Of a stretch of 64,000 nucleotides of DNA, positions 7,009 through 16,941 are shown piece after piece. A program made the translations under genes and the position numbers. Each line of letters begins with the position of its first letter. Positions within the stretch are counted from its first letter, which is position 1. Below the pieces are notes generated by a model that worked only from the letters and a program-made list of their open reading frames with translations, had not been told where the DNA came from and ran no database searches. This DNA comes from a virus (taxonomy: Duplodnaviria > Caudoviricetes): the IMG/VR virus record IMGVR_UViG_3300022602_000026; one strand, given 5' to 3'.

Positions 7009-9672
7009 ATGAGTTACGTAGATGCTCTATTTGATCGAGCAAAAGATAGAATTCACGTTGTTGAACGTGTAGACGGCGAAAGAAAGTATAAAGAATACGC
7101 TGCCGAGTATGTTTTTTATTACGACGACCCCAAGGGCAAACACCGCACTATATTTGATACTCCGGTTTCAAGATTCCATACTAGAAACAGTAAAGAGTAT
7201 CACAAAGAACTAAAAGTAAATTCAGGCAAACGTTTGTGGGAAAGTGATATCAATCCCATATTTCGTTGTCTTGAATCAAACTATCTCGGGGCTACCTCGC
7301 CCCGATTACATACTGCATTTTTTGACATTGAGGTAGATTTTGATCCCGAAAAAGGTTATGCACCCACAAGCGATCCTTTTAATAAAATAACAGCCTTTTC
7401 CATTTACTTGGATTGGTTAGATAGACTTGTAACTTTGGTGGTTCCACCAAAGTCAATAAGTTGGGATACTGCTGAAGAAATCTGTAGCCGATTTGATAAC
7501 TGTTTTCTTTTTGAACGTGAAGAAGAAATGATCGATACATTTCTTGAACTAATACAAGACGCAGATATCTTAAGTGGATGGAACAGTGAGGGATTTGATA
7601 TTCCTTATACTGTGGGCCGCATTGTACGTGCCTTGAGCCGAGATGACCTAAGACGTTTGTGTTTGTGGAATCAAATGCCTAAAGAGCGTACATTTGAACG
7701 TTTTGGTGCAGAAAATATTACATTTGACTTGATTGGTCGTGTGCACATGGACTATATGCAACTGTACCGCAAGTACACATACGAAGAACGACACAGTTAT
7801 AGCTTGGATGCTATTGCCGAATACGAACTAGGCGAAAGTAAAACGCCTTATGAAGGAACTCTAGATCAGTTGTACAACAAAGACTTTCCCAAGTTTATCG
7901 AGTACAACCGACAGGATACAATGCTGATTGCAAAATTTGACAAGAAACTACGCTTTCTTGATCTTGCAAACGAATTGGCACATGATAACACAGTATTACT
8001 GGCCACTACAATGGGTGCAGTGGCAGTAACCGAGCAGGCGATTATTAACGATGCTCATCAACGTGGTATGGTAGTTCCTAACAGAAAGGGTCGTGATGAC
8101 AAAGAACAAACGCAGGCCGCAGGTGCCTATGTTGCTTATCCCAAAAGAGGTATGCACCGAGACATTGGTGCGATCGACATCAACAGTCTCTATCCCTCGG
8201 CTATTCGTGCCCTTAACATGGGACCGGAAACTATCGTCGGGCAACTCCGGCCAATAATGACCGATCTCTACATCTCGAAAAAGATGGAAGAAAACGGCGG
8301 AAACTTTGCCGAAGCATGGGAAGGTTTGTTTGGCAGTTTAGAATATACTGCTGTAATGGCAGGCGAAGTGGGTACCGAGATCACAATAGATTGGGAAGAT
8401 GGTAGAGAAAGTGTACACAGTGCCAAACAGGTATGGGACATTGTTTTTAACAGTAACCAACCTTGGACCCTGAGTGCAAATGGTACTATATTCAAATACG
8501 ACCGTAAGGGCATTATTCCTGCATTGTTGGAACGTTGGTACGCCGAGCGTAAGGAAATGCAAAAGAAACTCAAGGAAGCAGAAACAGATGAAGACAAAGC
8601 CTATTGGGACAAACGACAGTTGGTCAAAAAGATTAATCTTAATAGTTTGTATGGTGCTTTACTCAATCCTGGCTGTAGGTTTTTCGATAAACGTATTGGT
8701 CAATCTACCACACTTACCGGACGAGGAATTGCCCACCACATGGATTCGCACGTTAACGAAGCCATTACCGGGAAATACGACCACGTAGGTGATGCTGTCA
8801 TATATGGCGATACTGACTCGGTTTACTTCTCGGCCTGGCCCATGGTTCGAGAAGATGTTGAAGCCGGACGCATGGAATGGAACAAAGACATCGCTATACA
8901 GTTATATGATACCATTGCTGACAGTGTAAATGAATCGTTTCCGGCATTTATGGAACGTGCATTTCATTGTCCGCGAGAGATGGGTGCTATCATCAAGGGC
9001 GGACGTGAGCTTGTGGCATCAAAAGGTTTGTTTATTAAAAAGAAACGCTATGCAGTGCTCATCATAGACAAAGAAGGCAAACGTCTAGACACACACGGAA
9101 GCCCAGGCAAGGTAAAGGCCATGGGTTTGGACTTGAAGCGTTCAGATACTCCCAAAGTAGTACAAAACTTTTTAAGCGAGATCTTGATGGATGTGCTGAC
9201 CGGAGCCGAACGTGAAGCTATTATCGAAAAGGTAAAAGAATTTAAGATTGCATTTAAAGAGCGACCAGCCTGGGAAAAAGGCACACCTAAACGTGTAAAC
9301 AACTTGACCAAGTACACTGCCGAAGAACAACGATTGGGCCGAGCCAACATGCCCGGACACGTCAGAGCAGCAATGAACTGGAACAATCTAAAACGTATGC
9401 ATGGCGATAACTATTCTAGTGCTATTGTGGATGGTATGAAAACTATTGTATGCAAATTAAAGGATAATCCCCTAGGCTATACCAGTGTTGGTTACCCCAC
9501 TGATGTGCTACACATCCCACAATGGTTCAAAGACTTGCCGTTTGACAATAGTGCTATGGAAGGTGCTATTGTAGATCAAAAGGTAGAAAACTTACTGGGT
9601 GTTCTTGAATGGAAGATAAAAGAAAACACGGACATCGGTAGCACATTTGATAGTTTATTCAGCCAGGGCTAA
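7009..9672 (+). CDS. polB: Family B DNA polymerase (T4 gp43-like)
   Basis: Exonuclease motifs FFDIE, GWNSEGFDIPY and YNRQD; polymerase motifs DINSLYPS, KINLNSLYG and YGDTDS. Confidence 0.97.
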   Translation: MSYVDALFDRAKDRIHVVERVDGERKYKEYAAEYVFYYDDPKGKHRTIFDTPVSRFHTRNSKEYHKELKVNSGKRLWESDINPIFRCLESNYLGATSPRLHTAFFDIEVDFDPEKGYAPTSDPFNKITAFSIYLDWLDRLVTLVVPPKSISWDTAEEICSRFDNCFLFEREEEMIDTFLELIQDADILSGWNSEGFDIPYTVGRIVRALSRDDLRRLCLWNQMPKERTFERFGAENITFDLIGRVHMDYMQLYRKYTYEERHSYSLDAIAEYELGESKTPYEGTLDQLYNKDFPKFIEYNRQDTMLIAKFDKKLRFLDLANELAHDNTVLLATTMGAVAVTEQAIINDAHQRGMVVPNRKGRDDKEQTQAAGAYVAYPKRGMHRDIGAIDINSLYPSAIRALNMGPETIVGQLRPIMTDLYISKKMEENGGNFAEAWEGLFGSLEYTAVMAGEVGTEITIDWEDGRESVHSAKQVWDIVFNSNQPWTLSANGTIFKYDRKGIIPALLERWYAERKEMQKKLKEAETDEDKAYWDKRQLVKKINLNSLYGALLNPGCRFFDKRIGQSTTLTGRGIAHHMDSHVNEAITGKYDHVGDAVIYGDTDSVYFSAWPMVREDVEAGRMEWNKDIAIQLYDTIADSVNESFPAFMERAFHCPREMGAIIKGGRELVASKGLFIKKKRYAVLIIDKEGKRLDTHGSPGKVKAMGLDLKRSDTPKVVQNFLSEILMDVLTGAEREAIIEKVKEFKIAFKERPAWEKGTPKRVNNLTKYTAEEQRLGRANMPGHVRAAMNWNNLKRMHGDNYSSAIVDGMKTIVCKLKDNPLGYTSVGYPTDVLHIPQWFKDLPFDNSAMEGAIVDQKVENLLGVLEWKIKENTDIGSTFDSLFSQG

Positions 9673-9673
9673 C

Positions 9674-10612
9674 ATGAAGTTGTATGACTTAGTGAGTCTC
9701 AAAGAAGCTCTTAAACGAGAATTTGATACCGAGTTATCGATACAGGAGCTGACACGTCTACGCAATCGCATTGCGAATATTAAGTTACAGGTCAATTACT
9801 TGGATGCCGAATACGAGCAATCCGTAGACCAATGGATTGCGTATTACGACAACTTGATCTCTAAGATTAATTCTCCAATGGTTGAAAGCCAAACAAGAAT
9901 CAACGAGATCAACGATAGGATAACCGAACTGAGTCACAAATTGTTTGCCGACAGTTTTGTAATCGAAAGCAGTCAAGTCGACATTGACTTTGTTCGTGCT
10001 AATCGTAAAATTTCTTTGCCCGAAGACATGGAACAAACAGTCAAGCAACGAATACTGTTATACACTAATTGGCGTTATCCGGCATTGGAAATAGGTTGTA
10101 GAGACGGTGAATGGACACAGTATCTAGTTGCTGCTGATCCACTATATATCACCGATACATTTACAGAATTTTTAGACAACGCCAATAGTCAATTTCCCGG
10201 GGCATATCAAAATAGATTAAGAAAGTATCAGTTGAAAAATTATGACTTTTCTGCGTTACCAAAAAATCAATTTGCGTTTGTGTTTAGCTGGGGGCATTTT
10301 AATTTTCTCAGTTTAGATACCACTGGACAAATACTAAAACAACTTAGAGAATTAATGAGACCGGGAGGGGTATTTTTGTTCAGTTACAACGACGGGGATA
10401 CTCCGCAGGGAGCAGGCATGGCCGAAAACATGGCACAGACTTATTTGCCAAAAAGTCTATTAATACCCACTTGCGAGAGTTTGGGGTTTGAAATACTAAA
10501 TGATGCCAACTTGGGTCCAAATGTAACTTGGTTAGAAATTAAAAAGCCCGGTACATTACACACAGTCAAAGCACATCAAGTATTAGGCGAAGTAAAAAGA
10601 ATACAAAATTAA
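9674..10612 (+). CDS. Class I SAM-dependent methyltransferase with N-terminal coiled coil
   Basis: ALEIGCRDG motif I; FAFVFSW..F; LMRPGGVFLF. Confidence 0.75.
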   Translation: MKLYDLVSLKEALKREFDTELSIQELTRLRNRIANIKLQVNYLDAEYEQSVDQWIAYYDNLISKINSPMVESQTRINEINDRITELSHKLFADSFVIESSQVDIDFVRANRKISLPEDMEQTVKQRILLYTNWRYPALEIGCRDGEWTQYLVAADPLYITDTFTEFLDNANSQFPGAYQNRLRKYQLKNYDFSALPKNQFAFVFSWGHFNFLSLDTTGQILKQLRELMRPGGVFLFSYNDGDTPQGAGMAENMAQTYLPKSLLIPTCESLGFEILNDANLGPNVTWLEIKKPGTLHTVKAHQVLGEVKRIQN

Positions 10613-10621
10613 TCAAAAGCA

Positions 10622-10650
10622 TTGACAGGTCTAAATATAACTGTTACAAT
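10622..10650 (+). promoter_or_regulatory. sigma70-type promoter
   Basis: TTGACA-17 bp-TACAAT, then AGGAG RBS. Confidence 0.8.
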
Positions 10651-10670
10651 TACACATCATAGGAGAAACC

Positions 10671-11411
10671 ATGCAAGATTATTTAAAAGATATAGTACAA
10701 CACACAACTGGATTAGGCAACATTGATCTAATCAAGGTCACAGGAACCGACACAGAAACACTTATTAATAGCGTAAGCGAAGACCGTAGTGTTATTTTAG
10801 AAGCCAAGTTTAAATCAGCACACCCCGAGTTTATTGGCACATTTGGTATGCCAAATCTTGCAAAACTAAAAACAATTTTGAACATTGACGAGTATCGTGA
10901 AGATGCCAAGGTTTCTGTTAACACACAAACCAATACTGCCGGCGAAACAGTGCCTAGCGGCATTCACTTTGAAAACAAAGCCGGAGACTTTAAAAACGAT
11001 TATCGTTACATGGAAGCCGGTGTTATCAATGACAAACTTAAAACAGTCAAGTTTAAAGGTGTAAAGTGGGGAATTGATTTTGTGCCAACAGCGGCCAATA
11101 TTCAAAGATTGCGTTTTCAAGCAAGTGCAAACAGTGAAGAAACAACATTTACTGCCAAAACAGATGCACAAGGTAATTTGCATTTTTACTTTGGTGATCC
11201 AAATACCCATGCCGGTAATTTGGTATTTGCCAGTGGACTAAGTGGTAATTTTACAAAGACTTCGTGGCATTGGCCTGTTAACGTGGTGTTGAGTATTCTT
11301 GCATTACCTGGAGACAAGACATTTAAAATGAGTGACGAAGGCGCAAGTAAAATCACTGTTGATTCAGGCTTGATTGAATACGACTATATCATCCCTGCAC
11401 AAACAAAATAA
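10671..11411 (+). CDS. Probable DNA sliding clamp (gp45/PCNA-like)
   Basis: 246 aa, two-domain alternating beta/alpha pattern, FGMPNLAKLKTIL, near the polymerase gene; assignment by pattern only. Confidence 0.5.
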   Translation: MQDYLKDIVQHTTGLGNIDLIKVTGTDTETLINSVSEDRSVILEAKFKSAHPEFIGTFGMPNLAKLKTILNIDEYREDAKVSVNTQTNTAGETVPSGIHFENKAGDFKNDYRYMEAGVINDKLKTVKFKGVKWGIDFVPTAANIQRLRFQASANSEETTFTAKTDAQGNLHFYFGDPNTHAGNLVFASGLSGNFTKTSWHWPVNVVLSILALPGDKTFKMSDEGASKITVDSGLIEYDYIIPAQTK

Positions 11412-12409
11412 TGTCGGGTATAGCAGATGCTACACTGAAATTTTATCCTAGAGGTGCAGATGCAGGTGTTATAACACATACCTGCAATGCTCCGCATAGG
11501 GTAGTTAACATTGATACCACAGGATCATGTTATGTTTGTCATTGCGAAGCATGGTTGCCTATTTCAGTGGGCAATATTTTAGACTTTACAAGTTTAGAAC
11601 AGATATGGGATAGCGAAACTGCCAAAGAATTACAACAAGATGTTGACAGTCAAAAATTTACTTATTGTGCGGTTCGACATTGTGGAGTTGTAAATTACAA
11701 TATTGACTTTGCTCACTATCAAATTGGAGTCAACATTGACGAGAGTTGCAATCTTGCTTGTCCCAGTTGTCGTAAATCAATGACCAATCACACACAAGGC
11801 GAAGTATTTGATCTAAGAAAAAGTTATGTTGATCATTTGGTAACTCTTGTAAACAACTTTGACAAGCCGTTGAAATTGATAATGAGCGGTAACGGTGATC
11901 CACTAGCCAGTTTAATAATGCGTCCCTTGGTGCTGAACTGGCAACCAAAGAGCAACCAAACTATCAAACTGTTTACCAATGGGTTGTTAATGAAGAAGTT
12001 GTTGCCCGACAGTCCGGTGTTACCTTCGATTCGAGAATTTCAAATCAGTGTCGATGCCGGCAGTCATGATGTTTATCACGATGTTAGACGTCCGGGACGA
12101 TTTGATGTACTACAAGAAAACCTGCAATGGTTATCGGAAAATAGAAAAGGGGCCAGAGTAGATTTGCAGTTTTGCCTTCAGGCCAGTAATGCCAACGATG
12201 TTGTAAACTTTGCCGACATGTGTGATCGTTACGGATTCAATGGTAATATTGTCAAATTGGACAATTGGCATACATTTGACGACTTTGATCAGCGCGATGT
12301 AGTTGATAATAAAACACATCCGTTACATACAACAGCAATGCAACAACTAAAATTGGTTAAAGATCGCCGAAGCATCTGCATTAATTCATACCTATTGGAT
12401 TTAATATGA
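11411..12409 (+). CDS. Radical SAM protein with N-terminal Cys-rich (SPASM/twitch-like) domain
   Basis: CNLACPSC; GNGDPL; LFTNG; N-terminal C...CYVCHC...C..C. Confidence 0.85.
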   Translation: MSGIADATLKFYPRGADAGVITHTCNAPHRVVNIDTTGSCYVCHCEAWLPISVGNILDFTSLEQIWDSETAKELQQDVDSQKFTYCAVRHCGVVNYNIDFAHYQIGVNIDESCNLACPSCRKSMTNHTQGEVFDLRKSYVDHLVTLVNNFDKPLKLIMSGNGDPLASLIMRPLVLNWQPKSNQTIKLFTNGLLMKKLLPDSPVLPSIREFQISVDAGSHDVYHDVRRPGRFDVLQENLQWLSENRKGARVDLQFCLQASNANDVVNFADMCDRYGFNGNIVKLDNWHTFDDFDQRDVVDNKTHPLHTTAMQQLKLVKDRRSICINSYLLDLI

Positions 12410-13044
12410 ACTGGTTAGACCATTACCAACACAAAGGACATGTATTTGGCGAATGCATGAGTCATCAAGACAGTGAGTTAATGTATGTATATATTCCCAA
12501 AAATGCCAGCTCGTGGACCAAGCCCAACTTATTAGATTGGAAATGGGAGAATTACAATTATCACAGGGACAATTTGTATCACAAAACTGCTATAATAGTG
12601 TTACGTGATCCTGTAGATCGTTGGGTATCGGGTATTGCTGAATATATGTATCTTTACCATAAACACTTTCGACCAAATGCATCAATGCCAGTTGCCGTAC
12701 TGGATTTAATATTTGATAAAATAAGTTTTGACGATCACACCGAACGACAAATATATTTTATCGAAGGACTTGATCTAAATAAGTGTATATTTTTTAAATT
12801 TGAACATGACTATAGACACAAATTTAGCCATTTTCTTTTTACACAAAATATGCCAAATACTTATGCCAACTACGAGTTTCAACATGTCAGTGAACAAAAT
12901 CTCGAGCGGCGAAGATGGAAACAATTTATTCAGCACCAATTAGAAAATTCTAAATATATGTTTCAATTAAAACAATATTTCAAAGCCGACTACGAATTAA
13001 TTAATCAAGTAAAATTTTATGACCCAGGACAACCTAACACTTAA
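12406..13044 (+). CDS. Sulfotransferase family protein
   Basis: YVYIPKNASSW (5'-PSB-like) and VLRDPVDRWVSG (3'-PB-like) motifs. Confidence 0.75.
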   Translation: MNWLDHYQHKGHVFGECMSHQDSELMYVYIPKNASSWTKPNLLDWKWENYNYHRDNLYHKTAIIVLRDPVDRWVSGIAEYMYLYHKHFRPNASMPVAVLDLIFDKISFDDHTERQIYFIEGLDLNKCIFFKFEHDYRHKFSHFLFTQNMPNTYANYEFQHVSEQNLERRRWKQFIQHQLENSKYMFQLKQYFKADYELINQVKFYDPGQPNT

Positions 13045-14593
13045 ACAACGAGACTACGCAGTATTTTTACCGGCCATCAGCGGGTTTTATGCTACATTTA
13101 TTGGACGACAACGCACAGAACAGTATGTAGATCCTGCACGTTTTCCGCAGGGCTTAACTGATATGGAGCAACTTAATTGGCTTAACAGTCAACAGGCATT
13201 GTTTCCGTATAAATGGAGTTTGCATTCGGGCGGACATGCCAACTTGGATTTGACCAAGTTTGTCAGCAGTGAGGAAATGATACGTACACGTGAAGCGGGT
13301 ACTGTAATGATCGGAGACTCAGGCGGATTCCAAATTGCCAAGGGCTTGTGGGAAGGCGACTGGAAAGCCAATTCAGGATGTGCAGATGCACAAGGCAAAC
13401 GTGAAGCAGTGCTTAAATGGCTCGACGGCATTGCCGACTATGGCATGGGATTGGATATTCCCACTTGGGTAGTGCGTGACAAAAATGCCAGTGCCAAATG
13501 CAAAATTACCAAGCACCAAGAAGCAGTTGATGCCACAAGATTCAATAACGAATACTTTATTGCAAATCGCAAAGGCGTAAAAAATGGTGGTGCCAGGTTC
13601 TTGAATGTGTTACAAGGAGCAACACATAAAGATGCCGAAGAGTGGTATCAGACCATGAAAGACTATTGTGATCCTGCACGGTATCCCGACAAGCATTTTG
13701 ATGGTTGGGGCATGGGTGGACAAAACATGTGTGATGTACATCTTATATTGCATAGATTAATTACCATGAAGTATGATAATTTATTGCAAGAAGGCGTACA
13801 TGATTGGATGCACTTTTTAGGCACAAGCAAATTAGAATGGGCAGTATTGCTTACAGTTATTCAACGTAATGTTCGCAAATATATCAATCCCAAATTTACT
13901 ATCTCTTTTGATTGTGCAAGTCCGTTCCTAGCAACTGCCAATGGACAAGTATACTACGAAAACTCATTTCCATTAAATGGCAAATGGAGTTACCAAATGA
14001 AGAGTTGTGTCGACGACAAGAAGTATGCCACAGACACACGTAAATTCAGTACGGCATTAAAACAAGACTTTCCAAAAGAATTTGGTACGTTTGAAGACAG
14101 TCCAGTTAGTGATATGTTACAGATGAAAGATATCTGCATATACCGGCCCGGAGATCTAAACAAGAACGGCAAAGAAGGTCGAACCAGTTGGGACAGTTTT
14201 AGTTATGCATTGTTAATGGGGCATAATGTTTGGATGCATTTGACAGCAGTACAAGAAGCCAACAGACGTTTTGATGCGGGCGAGTATCCCGAAATGATGC
14301 GTACTAGTGTCACTGGCGAACGTTTTGAAGACATTGTAGAAAGTATATTTGCAGCGCCTACAAAAGAAGCCAGCATGGAAATTATTGAAAAGTACGATAG
14401 ATACTGGACCGAAATCATTGGCGGACGTGGGTTTACTGGCAAGAAACAACGTAATGCAATGACAACAACCAGCAACACCAATGTTTATGAATTAGAAGTA
14501 GATCTTTCTAAACCCAAACTAAGCAAGGCCGAAGCTAAGGCCAAAAAAGCAGCAAAGACACCAAAAATCAACACAGCAATCTTTGAGGAGTAA
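13019..14593 (+). CDS. TGT-fold transglycosylase, DpdA-like (7-deazaguanine insertion into DNA)
   Basis: IGDSGGFQI, MGLDIP, NVLQG, HFLG, SFDCAS and GHN TGT motifs; folE, queD and queE in the same region. Confidence 0.85.
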   Translation: MTQDNLTLKQRDYAVFLPAISGFYATFIGRQRTEQYVDPARFPQGLTDMEQLNWLNSQQALFPYKWSLHSGGHANLDLTKFVSSEEMIRTREAGTVMIGDSGGFQIAKGLWEGDWKANSGCADAQGKREAVLKWLDGIADYGMGLDIPTWVVRDKNASAKCKITKHQEAVDATRFNNEYFIANRKGVKNGGARFLNVLQGATHKDAEEWYQTMKDYCDPARYPDKHFDGWGMGGQNMCDVHLILHRLITMKYDNLLQEGVHDWMHFLGTSKLEWAVLLTVIQRNVRKYINPKFTISFDCASPFLATANGQVYYENSFPLNGKWSYQMKSCVDDKKYATDTRKFSTALKQDFPKEFGTFEDSPVSDMLQMKDICIYRPGDLNKNGKEGRTSWDSFSYALLMGHNVWMHLTAVQEANRRFDAGEYPEMMRTSVTGERFEDIVESIFAAPTKEASMEIIEKYDRYWTEIIGGRGFTGKKQRNAMTTTSNTNVYELEVDLSKPKLSKAEAKAKKAAKTPKINTAIFEE

Positions 14594-14595
14594 GT

Positions 14596-14775
14596 ATGGA
14601 TCGGTTAACCGAATTACAAAAGAGACATGCCACATTGGACAAACGTATAGACGCGATGAAGAAGACCGGACTTTATGGCGATACTGTTTTGGGAGAAATG
14701 AAGAAAGAAAGGTTGCATTTGCGTGATGAAATTGCTATACTAGAACAACAACAAACACATGCGGACAAAGAATGA
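14596..14775 (+). CDS. 59-aa DUF465/YdcH-like coiled-coil protein (not in the ORF track)
   Basis: Translated by hand: MDRLTELQKRHATLDKRIDAM...MKKERLHLRDEI; fills the gap with an overlapping stop/start. Confidence 0.65.
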   Translation: MDRLTELQKRHATLDKRIDAMKKTGLYGDTVLGEMKKERLHLRDEIAILEQQQTHADKE

Positions 14776-15281
14776 ACAGACAAGGGCACGAAACTGCTAG
14801 TTTCTTTTTTGGCAAGGAAGTAGAACATACTCCGGCACTGGGACTGGATACATTATTTGTAGTTGGAGTTCAAAGCACCGACGCAATTGCAAATGCATTG
14901 TCTGGAACTAGTCGACAAATACAACATATTTTCTTTGGTGCGAATCACAGTTTTGATCCGCAAACTCCCGAAGAATGGGACGCCTGGGAAAATATGATCA
15001 CATTCTTTTTGGCTCGAGACTATTGGTGCAGTTTGGATATTCCCATCGGCGCAGTTGAACCGTTCAACGATGGCGGATTAAACGATTACAACAATTTTAT
15101 TCCGCAGATAAGAATCCCAATTCCTTATATTAAATTATGGAATTATAATACCATGCTTAAAATCGATGACAAGGATTTTGCAGCAACCAATCCTGGTGTG
15201 TGGACACATAGTTTACATAACCTAAAAGACCGCAACGTATTCACAGATTGGTCCGAATACAAAAATGATCAAGTATTATGA
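14772..15281 (+). CDS. Hypothetical protein
   Basis: 169-aa ORF coupled to both neighbours. Confidence 0.7.
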   Translation: MNRQGHETASFFFGKEVEHTPALGLDTLFVVGVQSTDAIANALSGTSRQIQHIFFGANHSFDPQTPEEWDAWENMITFFLARDYWCSLDIPIGAVEPFNDGGLNDYNNFIPQIRIPIPYIKLWNYNTMLKIDDKDFAATNPGVWTHSLHNLKDRNVFTDWSEYKNDQVL

Positions 15282-15862
15282 TATTACCAACAGAACGAAT
15301 TATAGTCAGCTTAATTAGAAATTTAATTATTGGACGACAACTGCCCACTAATCAACACGGCGAAGCAGGACGTGCTGCCGAAGACTTGTTAGAAAGCATT
15401 GGAGTTCCTATTAATCGAGGGCCAGGTTGCGACATACAAGAATTTGATTGGGAAGTCAAAACTCGTAACGACAGTGCTACCAGTGCACAAACTATTGCCA
15501 CTATACATCCTAGAGATGTTGCTGCTTACCCGTATAAGCAATCACCTATTTACACAAAGTTTAGAAAACAACTTAGAATCACAACATCCACACAGAATAC
15601 CATTGATAATACTATCATTGCAGTTGATTTAATTGATTTTGATCAACCGCATGTGCAGGATCTAATAGAAGCAGCATACGAACATGGCCGACGACAGATC
15701 ATTGCCAATCCCGATATTGGCTACACACAGTACTTGGGCTATTATGGATACTTTGAACAAACAAAACAAAGTTCCAAGAACTATGATTTTAGACTCAGCG
15801 ACCAAGACATGGATGCATTGATTGCATCTGCAACTTCAACATTTGGAACTTTATTTTCATGA
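15278..15862 (+). CDS. Putative PD-(D/E)XK restriction-endonuclease-like protein (MvaI/BcnI/MutH-like)
   Basis: GEAGRAAEDLL...N.G.GCD....WEVKT...S.QT pattern. Confidence 0.55.
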   Translation: MILPTERIIVSLIRNLIIGRQLPTNQHGEAGRAAEDLLESIGVPINRGPGCDIQEFDWEVKTRNDSATSAQTIATIHPRDVAAYPYKQSPIYTKFRKQLRITTSTQNTIDNTIIAVDLIDFDQPHVQDLIEAAYEHGRRQIIANPDIGYTQYLGYYGYFEQTKQSSKNYDFRLSDQDMDALIASATSTFGTLFS

Positions 15863-16302
15863 ACCAAGAACAAAGAGAAACTGTAGAACGAATTAAAACA
15901 GCCGCGGTGCGTACAATTTTTGTAACGTTTCAAAAGGAAGGCATTCACTGCTATCCTGCGGCCGCAACCGACCCACAACTAGCAACAGGAGATGAATATG
16001 ATGTATCGTTTTTGGGCACTCCTCATCGTCATATATTCCACTTTAGGGTGGCAATTGATGTATTCCACAATGACCGAGATATTGAGTTTATTCAATTCAA
16101 GAGATGGTTGGAAAACCTATATAAAGATGCTATACTAGCATTAGACTACAAGAGTTGCGAGATGATTGCAGATGACTTGTACATACAAATTGCCGCACGT
16201 TATCCTAACCGTAACGTCACAATTGAAGTATCCGAGGACGGCGAAAACGGATGCGTCATCAACTACAACCTCACCCGTCCAAGTCAATCCATAGTAATTT
16301 AA
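15859..16302 (+). CDS. QueD-like T-fold paralog (DpdL-like)
   Basis: LGTPHRHIF (LxxxHRHxF), DIEF, SCEMIA and IEVSED T-fold motifs; distinct from the queD at 23078. Confidence 0.7.
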   Translation: MNQEQRETVERIKTAAVRTIFVTFQKEGIHCYPAAATDPQLATGDEYDVSFLGTPHRHIFHFRVAIDVFHNDRDIEFIQFKRWLENLYKDAILALDYKSCEMIADDLYIQIAARYPNRNVTIEVSEDGENGCVINYNLTRPSQSIVI

Positions 16303-16312
16303 GGAAAAACAA

Positions 16313-16579
16313 ATGGCAGAAGCCTGGTTAAAAAAATATCTTCGTATGAAACCCGAAGTAACAAACTTGCTTGACGATCTCGAAGGATATCTAGAGTTTT
16401 GTAAACGGCAAGGCTACGTATATGATGAAAATCATTTATACAACGAGAAGACTCCATGGGGAGAAATGCAACGTGTCAAAGCCGGCAAGCATCCCAAAGA
16501 TAATTGGAGTCCACATCCCAAAGAACGTAGAGACTTCCGTCCACGTGACACAAACACAAATTGGAAATATCGTGACTAA
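16313..16579 (+). CDS. Hypothetical protein
   Basis: 88-aa ORF with AAGGA RBS. Confidence 0.65.
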   Translation: MAEAWLKKYLRMKPEVTNLLDDLEGYLEFCKRQGYVYDENHLYNEKTPWGEMQRVKAGKHPKDNWSPHPKERRDFRPRDTNTNWKYRD

Positions 16580-16940
16580 TCCCTTTAAAGACCAATCTAA
16601 ATTTATGCGAGCCTGCGACCAAAGCGTGGGCACGTACAATCTAGATCAGTTTACTATGTATGTAAACTTAATCTCAGAAGAAGCCGGTGAACTAGGACAA
16701 GCACTAGCCGATGCCAATGATGTTGAGGTACTGGATGCATTAATAGATATTCTAGTAGTCACTATTGGTGCTGCACACAGTATGGGTGCTGATGTTGAGG
16801 GTGCTTGGAAAGAAGTAATGAGCACTAACTTTGCCAAGATTGGCGAAGATGGCAAAGTACGCAAACGTGAAGACGGTAAAGTACTCAAACCCTTAGGTTG
16901 GAAGGCTCCCGAACTTGAACCATTTTTAAAGGCCAAATAA
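16572..16940 (+). CDS. MazG-like/PRA-PH all-alpha NTP pyrophosphohydrolase
   Basis: LISEEAGEL, EVLDALIDILVV, SxNxAK, DGKVLKP; probable GTG start at 16572. Confidence 0.8.
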   Translation: MTNPFKDQSKFMRACDQSVGTYNLDQFTMYVNLISEEAGELGQALADANDVEVLDALIDILVVTIGAAHSMGADVEGAWKEVMSTNFAKIGEDGKVRKREDGKVLKPLGWKAPELEPFLKAK

Positions 16941-16941
16941 T

